IMG/VR virus record: IMGVR_UViG_3300009165_000006
Reading direction: 5' to 3' (one strand)
Length of the DNA stretch: 64,000 bases
From: a virus
The notes beneath the pieces were generated by a model, which saw only the letters and a program-made list of their open reading frames with translations, searched no databases and had not been told where the DNA came from. The translations under genes were made by a program, and so were the position numbers. This document shows, piece after piece, positions 54,241 to 62,430 of the stretch (positions are counted from its first letter, which is position 1; every line of letters begins with the position of its first letter).

Positions 54241-55701
54241 ATGAAAGCTCTAGCTTGCACGCTCGACACATGGGATGCCTTCGCAAGGGCCACCGGAAGA
54301 ACTGAGACCACCGGTCTCACGTTTCCCCTACGAATACTCGAGATTATCGGAAAGCCCTACGGACTAGAGCTCGAATACGCGAACAAACTGAACCGCCATG
54401 ACGCAGTGTTCATAGCGGTTCACGACTTTAGTTCGATGCTGTCCCTTGGAAAGGCGATGCAGAAGCTGAAATTGCCGCTACTTGCCAAAGACCGCGACCG
54501 AAGTCACCCGCTCGTATGGATGGGCGGACAAGGTACACGCAATCCGCTACCTATTGCCGATATTGCTGACTTGATAGTGCTTGGGGATGCAGAGCTCTCG
54601 CTGCCTCAATTACTCCAAATATGGGAGCGAAATGGGAACAGTAGAGAGTTCCTGGTGGGAGCGTCTACTGTCTCTGGGGTATTCGTTCCTTCGATCCACA
54701 ACGAAAATGAGGTGACCCTGAAAATGGGTTGGTCACCGGATATACGAACTTCACTTCAAAGCAGAAGCCTACCAATGGAACAGCATGCCAGAATCGAGCT
54801 CTCGCGTGGATGCAAGAGCAAGTGCTCATTCTGCGGACTCGGATGGATGGGTCCAGTTCGACATAACACCTTGGACGACGTACGGGATGCTATCCGAGGA
54901 GTGCCTTCGGTCCACCTGCAGGCTTGCGATGCCGAAGCTTACCCGGACATCGTTCGGTTGCGTGAGTGGATGCGCGAGAGAGGAATCAAAGACACCGGGT
55001 GTACCTCACGTCTCGATTCTAATTACGATGCTAGGAGCGAATTTCTATTCGACAAGTTGTTCAATTTCGGAATCGAGGCTGTGACCGAGCGTGTCCGCCG
55101 CAAAATCGGCAAGGCCAGACTAACGAACGACTTCATCGTTGAGGCTATGTGCGGGCTATACGAGAGACAGAAAACGCGGAAGGGTGAAGCCTGTGAGAAG
55201 ACCAATTGGCACATGATCTCTGGACTTCCGGGGGAGTTGGTATCTGAAACCGCGGAACTGGCGCAGACAATCCGAAGGCTCGATGCGACAATGCTGGAAC
55301 GGAGAATCACCGGGCAGCTAACGATCCGATGGCAACCGTTACTACCCTGTCCTGGGACACCACTGCAGTGGTGTCCCATTGGGCCGGATTGCGAGCCGTG
55401 GAGTAAGGCCTTGGCCAGAAACATCCGCAAAACGTACTGTCTGAAGCTAGAACATGGTTCCGGGAGACAGGAACGAAAGCACGCCCTGACCTGTATACTG
55501 ATGCGGTCAGGGCGTGTGGGGGCAAAGCTGATCGCACTTGAGTCAAAGTCTGCGGTTACCCCAGTTGCCGCGGTCGAGCTTACCGGGACGACTACCGGTA
55601 AGCTCGACCTTAGTGGTCCGCTTCCATGGGATTTCGTGCATGGTTACTACCCGCGAGGGGTGCTCGAAAAGGCCTACAAAAAGACCATACAATGCACGTA
55701 G
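54241..55701 (+). CDS. radical SAM enzyme with N-terminal B12-binding-like domain
   Basis: IELSRGCKSKCSFCGLGW gives CX3CX2C at 54811-54834 (aa 191-198). N-terminal VWMGGQGTRNP...DLIVLGDAELSLPQLL resembles the class B (cobalamin-domain) rSAM fold. The start abuts the Cas5-like stop. Confidence 0.8.
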   Translation: MKALACTLDTWDAFARATGRTETTGLTFPLRILEIIGKPYGLELEYANKLNRHDAVFIAVHDFSSMLSLGKAMQKLKLPLLAKDRDRSHPLVWMGGQGTRNPLPIADIADLIVLGDAELSLPQLLQIWERNGNSREFLVGASTVSGVFVPSIHNENEVTLKMGWSPDIRTSLQSRSLPMEQHARIELSRGCKSKCSFCGLGWMGPVRHNTLDDVRDAIRGVPSVHLQACDAEAYPDIVRLREWMRERGIKDTGCTSRLDSNYDARSEFLFDKLFNFGIEAVTERVRRKIGKARLTNDFIVEAMCGLYERQKTRKGEACEKTNWHMISGLPGELVSETAELAQTIRRLDATMLERRITGQLTIRWQPLLPCPGTPLQWCPIGPDCEPWSKALARNIRKTYCLKLEHGSGRQERKHALTCILMRSGRVGAKLIALESKSAVTPVAAVELTGTTTGKLDLSGPLPWDFVHGYYPRGVLEKAYKKTIQCT

Positions 55702-55715
55702 ACTGGAACGAGGAA

Positions 55716-55958
55716 TCAGTTAGATCGTTTTGGCGGAAGAAGCTCGTGAAAAACGAATCCATCCGTAGACTCTGTAAGAAACAGACGCATCCCCGGCTTC
55801 AATTCCGGGTACTTCGCCACATCCTCAGCGGTAATAGTGAACTTGAAAATCGTATCATCCACTTCGTCTGCCATACCCTTTTGGGCGCGTTCCCAAAAGT
55901 CAAGAACAAACTTGGGCTCTCCTTGAAACTTGTCAGTCAATCGATCTCCATTCAGCAT
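55716..55958 (-). CDS. hypothetical protein
   Basis: 80-aa ORF preceded by the TGCGTAATAG motif. Confidence 0.6.
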   Translation of the reverse strand: MLNGDRLTDKFQGEPKFVLDFWERAQKGMADEVDDTIFKFTITAEDVAKYPELKPGMRLFLTESTDGFVFHELLPPKRSN

Positions 55959-55963
55959 ACCCT

Positions 55964-55973
55964 CTATTACGCA
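55964..55973 (-). promoter_or_regulatory. TGCGTAATAG start-proximal motif
   Basis: Minus strand reads TGCGTAATAG AGGGT ATG (ATG at 55958). Confidence 0.45.
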
Positions 55974-56025
55974 TGAAGAACCAATAACTAAACCAAGAAT
56001 CCGAATTTTGGTGTATTAGCACCCC

Positions 56026-56481
56026 ATGGAATACTCAATTCTGGTTGAAGGTGGGTCTATCACATTGGACGAAAAGGTGGATTGTCGAAAGATTATCGAC
56101 GGTTGCATCTACTTAGGCCTTCTCGCCAATTCCAAAAGTGAAGTCAAAACCGAGTCAAAACCCATCTACCTGAAGGTCAGTGCGTACTACTTCCTCAACC
56201 TTGGGTGCCTCGTCATGCTTCGAAACATCAAAGACGACACCGTCCTCGAACACCGATCTGCCATCATCGCTTGGCAGGGTGGTCTCGTAACGCACATGGA
56301 GGTGGACCGTTTCTTGGCCCAGTCCATTCATTGGTCTGCTGTTCGGATAAGAGATGCGGACTTCCTTGGCGGGAGGTTCGCCAAGGGCTACTTCGAACCA
56401 GCATCATCTCTCGCCGAAATCTTCAACCCATCTGAGCCCAGGGTGCCCACTCCAATGAGCGCGGCTCCGGTTCCTAGTTGA
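56026..56481 (+). CDS. hypothetical protein
   Basis: 151-aa ORF, ATG start. Confidence 0.55.
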   Translation: MEYSILVEGGSITLDEKVDCRKIIDGCIYLGLLANSKSEVKTESKPIYLKVSAYYFLNLGCLVMLRNIKDDTVLEHRSAIIAWQGGLVTHMEVDRFLAQSIHWSAVRIRDADFLGGRFAKGYFEPASSLAEIFNPSEPRVPTPMSAAPVPS

Positions 56482-56523
56482 GGATTGACATAGTATTGAA
56501 GCTTGAGCACTGTTCCGCATTGT

Positions 56524-56754
56524 ATGGAACCCAAGAAACTCCGGCAATACGGTAAGGTAATTAACTTCAACCCTATTATAATGGGCTACCCAATCCGTTC
56601 GGTTGCTCCTGCCAAGGGACTTCGTTCAGGTCCCCACCGGGATGGGGACCTGAACAGTGCTCTAGCTATACAGTCTCCTCAGGCACCTCCAACTTCAATG
56701 GTACGAGTAAGTCGATACCAAAGGGTCTTGAATCGGGGGAAATGGTTAATCTAG
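56524..56754 (+). CDS. small protein with extended RYxR tail
   Basis: ATG at 56524 within track ORF 56503..56754. Ends ...VRVSRYQRVLNRGKWLI*. Confidence 0.4.
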   Translation: MEPKKLRQYGKVINFNPIIMGYPIRSVAPAKGLRSGPHRDGDLNSALAIQSPQAPPTSMVRVSRYQRVLNRGKWLI

Positions 56755-56790
56755 TGACATCAGAACCGAGAGCAGTGAACGGGACAACCC

Positions 56791-57069
56791 ATGAGTCAGC
56801 GTAGGTTGGAAGTAAAGGTCCTCCCCGCGAATGGGTCAAGTCCTGAGGTTGTCGAGATCCCACTAGACAATCCGTCAGCCAGCAAGCTCAACTTGTTCGT
56901 CTTTCGACGCCCGACCTCTATGGGCGAACGGGACATCGAAGAGCTCGTTCAGATCTCAACTCAGGTATCTGGGCATCCAGGTGCTGCGATAATTCTCGGA
57001 GAAGAAGACAAGTTTGAAGTGTATGAAGTAGAGATCCCAACCCGGTACGAAAGAAAGCCGGTCATCTAG
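56791..57069 (+). CDS. hypothetical protein with C-terminal RYxR tail
   Basis: 92-aa ORF. Ends ...EIPTRYERKPVI*. Confidence 0.55.
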   Translation: MSQRRLEVKVLPANGSSPEVVEIPLDNPSASKLNLFVFRRPTSMGERDIEELVQISTQVSGHPGAAIILGEEDKFEVYEVEIPTRYERKPVI

Positions 57070-57088
57070 TTTCGGTGTACTTGATTGA

Positions 57089-57727
57089 ATGCGACCGCGC
57101 TACGGAGATTGGGTGCAAACCCTGACAGGACATAGATTCTATGTCCTAGACCCAGAACCAGAGGACATACAAATCGCAGATATCTCTGGTTCCTTGGGGA
57201 AAATCTGCCGATTCAACGGGCACCCCCGAATCCCATACTATGTCGGCCAACATTGTGTCTTGGGCTCTCACGTTGTCGAGGAGCAGACTCACAACTTGAT
57301 CCTAGCCTTGGCGTTTCTCCTTCATGACTCGGGAGAAGCCTATTTGATGGACATGGTCCGTCCGTTGAAAGTGATGCCTGAGTTGGAAGCCTACCGTTTG
57401 GCTTCCAAGAGACTGGATAGGGTGATCGAGAAGCGGTTCAACTTACCAGAGGGGATCCTGGACCACCAAGTCATCAAGGAAACGGACAATCGAATGCTCT
57501 TCACTGAGAAGAGAGACCTGCTCGTTGCTCTTCAGTGGGATCAATCAGCCCAACCTTACGACTTCAAGATCAAACCTTGGAGCTGGCAGAAAGCTCAGAA
57601 GAGGTACTTGTTTCGATATCACGAGTTGTGCCTAAGGCTTGATGGTTATCCAGAGATGGCTACCAAAGCACTCTCCTTGACTCGATTGCTACCAGTTGTC
57701 GGCAAGTTCTCGACTAGAGAACGGTAG
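57089..57727 (+). CDS. HD-domain phosphohydrolase
   Basis: ..YYVGQHCVLGS.. (H) and FLLHDSGEAYLMDMV (HD...E..D) match the HD metal-binding pattern. Confidence 0.7.
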   Translation: MRPRYGDWVQTLTGHRFYVLDPEPEDIQIADISGSLGKICRFNGHPRIPYYVGQHCVLGSHVVEEQTHNLILALAFLLHDSGEAYLMDMVRPLKVMPELEAYRLASKRLDRVIEKRFNLPEGILDHQVIKETDNRMLFTEKRDLLVALQWDQSAQPYDFKIKPWSWQKAQKRYLFRYHELCLRLDGYPEMATKALSLTRLLPVVGKFSTRER

Positions 57728-58088
57728 CCACTCCATCGTCCACAGGATGATCACTTAGCACCAGCTTGATGGTGGAGACCAGCTCGGTCAAGTGAAAGGG
57801 CTTGGACAGAAAGTAAGGAAAACCCTCAAGATCCGGCCATCCTGAGACCACGATGAACCTGTCCTTCAGCTGGAGGTCTTTATCGACGAGCCATTGATAC
57901 AATTCCGTTGCTGTACCGGCACCCAACTTGAAGTCAGCCACGATTACTTCGACTAATCCCGTAGCTATGATACGCTTAGCCCCCTCTACGGAGTCAGTCT
58001 CCTCAACAATGTAGTTTTCGGCTTTCAGAAAAGTCCGTATCAGCTTCCTGAGAGCAGACTCATCCTCCACCAGCAAAACGCGGTTCAT
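57714..58088 (-). CDS. stand-alone response-regulator receiver (CheY-like) domain
   Basis: VLLVEDE acidic pocket, VIVADFKL (phospho-acceptor Asp position), IVVSG (Ser/Thr position), LSKPF (Lys-Pro). No output domain. Confidence 0.8.
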   Translation of the reverse strand: MNRVLLVEDESALRKLIRTFLKAENYIVEETDSVEGAKRIIATGLVEVIVADFKLGAGTATELYQWLVDKDLQLKDRFIVVSGWPDLEGFPYFLSKPFHLTELVSTIKLVLSDHPVDDGVATVL

Positions 58089-58122
58089 TCCTTACCTATT
58101 CAAAAGTAGAATCCTACGTGCC

Positions 58123-59478
58123 ATGAAAGTCCCTGAAAGAGTCCGTTTTATCTGCAGTATCTTGAATCAAGCAGGCTTTGAAGCCTGGGTTGTTGGTGGC
58201 GCAGTGCGCGACTCTATACTTGGCCGAGAAGCTCACGACTTCGATGTGGCCACTAATGCTCTCCCTGATAGAGTCGTCAGGCTGTTCAGTCGTGTCATTG
58301 AGACCGGTATCCAACATGGAACGGTCACGGTCATGATTGAAAACGAGGGCTTCGAGGTCACCACCTTCCGTGGTGAAGGTACCTACTCGGATGGGCGCCA
58401 CCCAGATAGTGTCAGGTTCTTGGACTCTATCATCGAGGACTTGGCTCGTCGAGACTTCACAATGAATGCGGTCGCGTACGACCCCTTGACAGGGAAGTTC
58501 TGTGACCCCTTCGGTGGGGTGCAGGATATCGAATGCATGCTCATCCGAGCTGTAGGATCTCCTGAAGAAAGATTCCAAGAAGACGGCTTGAGAGTCATGC
58601 GAGCTATTCGTTTCATGAGTACTCTGGGATTCTCCATTGAACCACGTACTCTCGAAGGTATGGCGAAGATTGATTCCCTAGCCTCCCTAGCCAAGGTCAG
58701 CGTTGAACGGGTCAGGGACGAGCTCTTTAGGATCATGGGCTCGAAAGCACCCTCTCGTTCAATGAATGCCATAGTTCATACCGGAGTCTTGGACGTGATC
58801 CTACTAGAGATGCGCCCGATGGTTGGGTGTACTCAAAATCGGTACCATTCCTACGACGTTTGGACCCACACGATGGTTACTCTCGACCATTGTCCGGATG
58901 ACAACCCTATCCTCAGGTTTGGGGCTCTCTTTCACGATATCGCAAAGCCCGAGGTGAAAGGGGTTCACCCAGTCCATGGGGATGCCACTTTCTACGATCA
59001 TGAGCTGGTGGGGGCAAAGAAGACCGATGAGATCTTGACTCGGTTGAGGTTCTCAACCGAAGATCGGGAGAAGATTGTTCACTTGGTTGAGCACCACTTC
59101 ATCCGGTACGAACACGAGTGGTCGAATTCAGCGCTTCGTCGTTGGGTTCGGAAGGTTGGATTGGAGAGCGTCCCCACTTTCTGCACTCTCGCCCGGGCGG
59201 ACATCGCCGGGAAAGGGCCTATAGCCACAGTTGAATCCGAGAATTCAGTCATTGATGACCTGGAGAATCGGGTATCCAGACTGCAATTGACCGAAGTGAT
59301 CCCAACGTCAATCAAGGTGCTTGCCATCGACGGGAACGACGTGATGGCTCACTTGGGTATAGGACCAGGCCCTAGGATAGGAAGAGTGCTAGAAAGCCTT
59401 CTAGACGCCGTAACGGAGGACCCAGAACTCAACACCCGGGAGAAGCTCTTGGAGCTTGCCAGGGAAGTTCAAGTGTGA
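58123..59478 (+). CDS. cca: CCA-adding enzyme / tRNA nucleotidyltransferase with HD domain
   Basis: VVGGAVRDSILGREAHDFDVAT (GG.vRD...G....D.D), ERV.DEL, and a C-terminal HD domain (LFHDIAKP...HH). Confidence 0.9.
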   Translation: MKVPERVRFICSILNQAGFEAWVVGGAVRDSILGREAHDFDVATNALPDRVVRLFSRVIETGIQHGTVTVMIENEGFEVTTFRGEGTYSDGRHPDSVRFLDSIIEDLARRDFTMNAVAYDPLTGKFCDPFGGVQDIECMLIRAVGSPEERFQEDGLRVMRAIRFMSTLGFSIEPRTLEGMAKIDSLASLAKVSVERVRDELFRIMGSKAPSRSMNAIVHTGVLDVILLEMRPMVGCTQNRYHSYDVWTHTMVTLDHCPDDNPILRFGALFHDIAKPEVKGVHPVHGDATFYDHELVGAKKTDEILTRLRFSTEDREKIVHLVEHHFIRYEHEWSNSALRRWVRKVGLESVPTFCTLARADIAGKGPIATVESENSVIDDLENRVSRLQLTEVIPTSIKVLAIDGNDVMAHLGIGPGPRIGRVLESLLDAVTEDPELNTREKLLELAREVQV

Positions 59479-59496
59479 GAAAAAGTGCAAAACGAG

Positions 59497-59586
59497 ATGC
59501 TACTAGTACTCGGCTTGTCCTTCTTGGCTATACTCGTAATAACCACGGTCATCATCACGCTAATCGTGGTCAACCTCCGTGACTGA
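59497..59586 (+). CDS. 29-aa hydrophobic peptide
   Basis: MLLVLGLSFLAILVITTVIITLIVVNLRD*: a single TM-like helix, 18 nt after the cca stop. ORF evidence only. Confidence 0.3.
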   Translation: MLLVLGLSFLAILVITTVIITLIVVNLRD

Positions 59587-59658
59587 AAAAACCGCGGATA
59601 CAGCTGAAAGAGCTGCAGGCCGAAACGAAATCAGTGTGAACAGTTCGTATGTAGCCTT

Positions 59659-59697
59659 AAAAAGCGAGACCCCAAGTCGGAGGAAATGGGGTCTCGC
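59659..59697 (-). terminator. intrinsic terminator for the 59766..62007 minus-strand genes
   Basis: GCGAGACCCCA (59664-59674), a 12-nt loop, TGGGGTCTCGC (59687-59697). On the minus strand the stem is followed by TTTTT (59659-59663). Confidence 0.7.
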
Positions 59698-59765
59698 CGA
59701 AGAACGGCATCAAATGGCAATTTACGATGAGCAACAATACATCATTGATCCCCAATAAAAGGATT

Positions 59766-60089
59766 CTACATTTCTCGGGGGCACGGGATCCCAGTTGCCA
59801 TTCTACCCGCTAGGTACTCTCTTTCGGCTTCTTCTACCTCTTCTGGCAAAAGCTCTCCCCCAAAAGTACTGTTCATGATGTCCTTGACTTTCATGTCTTC
59901 TGGGAGCAAGTCCTCAAGACAGAACAGTCCCTTAGTGGCTTCTCCGTTGTCGCCTTCGATATTGGACTCAACAAACAGATGCGGGTAGCCCTCGTTGTCA
60001 ATAACGAGTTGCCACTTGCCACTCTTGGGACGAATTACGCCTTGTGCCTGAGGATCACGGTCATAACGACCGACGATTATGTCTTCCAC
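59766..60089 (-). CDS. hypothetical protein
   Basis: 107-aa ORF, ATG start. Confidence 0.6.
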   Translation of the reverse strand: MEDIIVGRYDRDPQAQGVIRPKSGKWQLVIDNEGYPHLFVESNIEGDNGEATKGLFCLEDLLPEDMKVKDIMNSTFGGELLPEEVEEAEREYLAGRMATGIPCPREM

Positions 60090-60180
60090 GTCAATACCCT
60101 TTCGAGCTCCTCACGGAGCGGTTAGGGCCAGTGGTCATCCCCCATTGGCTCCCCAAGCCTAAGACACCAAGAACGGGAGG

Positions 60181-62007
60181 TCAAGAAAATTCTTGCAGGT
60201 ACCTTTGAGCCACTAAAGTCACGAGGTCGTCCATCGACGAGAAGACGGATCTGAAGGATTCAAGCTGATCTCGATCCATGTCCATCTCCAACACGTAGTG
60301 AGTGAAAGCTTCAGCGAAAGCCTCATCTATATTGGCTCCCCCATACTCGGAAACTGGGGCGACAGGGCGAGTATCCTCTCTGAATCTTCGATCCCAATCC
60401 TCTACGACTCTCTTCCCCTTAGTATTCTCGTACTCGTTGGTTGCCTCAACCGCAATCGTCACATAATGGTGCGCAGCCTTAACCGTACGATTGATCAAAT
60501 CTAGCGTCTTGTCTAGCCACTTACCTCGCTCGACTCGGAACACTTGATTGAAGTCAGTTCCATCTGGGTACTTGTTCACAGTGCTATTCAAGACTTCACT
60601 CATATTCGCACAAGTGGTGTGCACCTCAGCAACCAGATCTAAGACATCTAGTAGGGCTTTCCTGACTGTCTGATTAACTGGCGAGTCAGCGCTTGAAGAA
60701 TGAACCGCTGTGATCATTTCATTCTTGAAATCCCAGGCCGTATCGTTGATTGGTCGGGAGAAAGCATCCAAGATCTTCATGTACCAACGAAGCTTTGACT
60801 TGCGGAATAGTTCCAACTTCTGCTTGATAGGCTCGGCTACACTGTCAATCTTAGCCTGAGCTGCTTGTACCTTCTCTTCTGGGATTGTGTAGGTTGGGAT
60901 GTCACTCTCTGAAGGGCGAATTGCGGTTGGTCTTACCTTTATCAGACTGTTGAATTTGGCTCTCTGAGTTGAGGTCATCTGTTTGAACCAATAGCGATGA
61001 CCGAGTTCATGAACTAGAAGCTTCACAATAAACTTACCAGGCTTCGAGTAGCAGTTGATGGTATCTGGTCCGATTCGGTAATCCCCACCGGTCTCACCTG
61101 ATAGTGAGTTAGGATTTACTCCTCCACAATTATGGCACCTAACAAAGAACGTGCCATACCAAGCTTTCCCGAACCCCTTGGTTTTCATTCTCGTGTGAGC
61201 TTCGTCTATGTATTTGACATAATCCTCGGTGTCCATCTCAGTTACGGTTGAATCGTCAATGACGACCTTCATCCTGTACATGTCAAATTCACGAAAGATA
61301 TTACTATTCTGAACCGCTTGCTCAGTGTAGTTGGACTTCAGTACTTCACAGACCCAATCGAACCACTTGATGGGGTTGAAGTTGTCGATCCTAATTCGCT
61401 TGACGGTCTTGAGTGCTTCACGCTTGAACCCAACAGCAGCTAGAAAGGCGGTGACAACCCTGAAGTTCCGATCAATATCAGCGTCCACTAGAGCTTTAAT
61501 TTGGGTTGGAGTAGCCTTATTGATGGTTTGTTGCACGAGGCGCTCTATGGCAGCCTCATCAATGACCCAACCCCAAGTAAAAAACCCCCCAAAGGTTTTT
61601 GTTGTACTTGCAATCTTTTCTCGGATCTCTACGGCTGCCCGCCATGTTAGGTACTGTGTTGGATCACTAATGTCAACGTAATTTCCGTACCTTCCAACTG
61701 CGTCTAACGATTCCGTGATTACCTCCAGTTTGTCCTGGGCTTCCTTAACCCTACGATGAACAGACTCTAGGGCTGGTTCGAATGTAACCATGCTCTTGAA
61801 GTCTTTTTCAAATTTCGTTAGGAAACCCCCAACCTTGTCATCCAACAAGTGAGCCCACCACTTAGATTGATGGCCTTCAATTGGGGTCTTCAAGATAGCT
61901 ACGAGTTCCGCCCTCTTCGCTTTGAACCACTTGTCTGGGATGAAAGTAGCAACAATCCCTCTCTGGAAGCGGGCAGCTACTCGAAGGATGATAAGATCTT
62001 CTCGCAT
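60181..62007 (-). CDS. large hypothetical protein with HExxH zincin motif
   Basis: 608-aa ORF. KLLVHELGHRYWF, and a C-terminal EAFAEAFTHYVL that may supply a third ligand. Confidence 0.65.
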   Translation of the reverse strand: MREDLIILRVAARFQRGIVATFIPDKWFKAKRAELVAILKTPIEGHQSKWWAHLLDDKVGGFLTKFEKDFKSMVTFEPALESVHRRVKEAQDKLEVITESLDAVGRYGNYVDISDPTQYLTWRAAVEIREKIASTTKTFGGFFTWGWVIDEAAIERLVQQTINKATPTQIKALVDADIDRNFRVVTAFLAAVGFKREALKTVKRIRIDNFNPIKWFDWVCEVLKSNYTEQAVQNSNIFREFDMYRMKVVIDDSTVTEMDTEDYVKYIDEAHTRMKTKGFGKAWYGTFFVRCHNCGGVNPNSLSGETGGDYRIGPDTINCYSKPGKFIVKLLVHELGHRYWFKQMTSTQRAKFNSLIKVRPTAIRPSESDIPTYTIPEEKVQAAQAKIDSVAEPIKQKLELFRKSKLRWYMKILDAFSRPINDTAWDFKNEMITAVHSSSADSPVNQTVRKALLDVLDLVAEVHTTCANMSEVLNSTVNKYPDGTDFNQVFRVERGKWLDKTLDLINRTVKAAHHYVTIAVEATNEYENTKGKRVVEDWDRRFREDTRPVAPVSEYGGANIDEAFAEAFTHYVLEMDMDRDQLESFRSVFSSMDDLVTLVAQRYLQEFS

Positions 62008-62058
62008 CTTACGTAAGCGGGCCCAACAAGAGAAAACCGCTCGGTGTACTAACCCTTT

Positions 62059-62430
62059 GTGAAACCAGGTGATAATCTCGACGGGCCAGTACCTTACGTA
62101 GTGTGTGCGACTCTCAATGACTTGGACCAGTTTGTTACGATCCCCAAGTTCATTGTCGATGGGGTAGTCAAAGCTTCTGGGTTGACACCATGGTGGCCCC
62201 TAGGAGTGTTCGTCATCTTCACGGATGAGGGGGCTACTGTCTGCGTCTACGGGCATGACGAGAATCTGGTCTTCGGCTTCAGACGCAACACCATCCCTCT
62301 TAGCGACGATGAGTCCAAGAATCCACCGATCGGAGAAGCTGTTCTGAAAATGTGGAAGGAACTCCGGAGCACACCTGAGTCCGTCCTATCGGAAAACCTC
62401 AACAAATTGAGGTCCAAAAGTGACACATGA
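62059..62430 (+). CDS. hypothetical protein
   Basis: 123-aa ORF, GTG start. Confidence 0.5.
   Translation: MKPGDNLDGPVPYVVCATLNDLDQFVTIPKFIVDGVVKASGLTPWWPLGVFVIFTDEGATVCVYGHDENLVFGFRRNTIPLSDDESKNPPIGEAVLKMWKELRSTPESVLSENLNKLRSKSDT

Noticed and set aside
49541-56030. Search for a second CRISPR array or repeated Cas6 substrate flanking the type IV-like operon.
   Set aside because: By eye, no sequence of 20 nt or longer recurs in the flanks. Only the single hairpin at 50234-50269 was seen. Its 10-bp stem and 16-nt loop are atypical for Cas6 substrates. A computational repeat search over the full genome is still needed.
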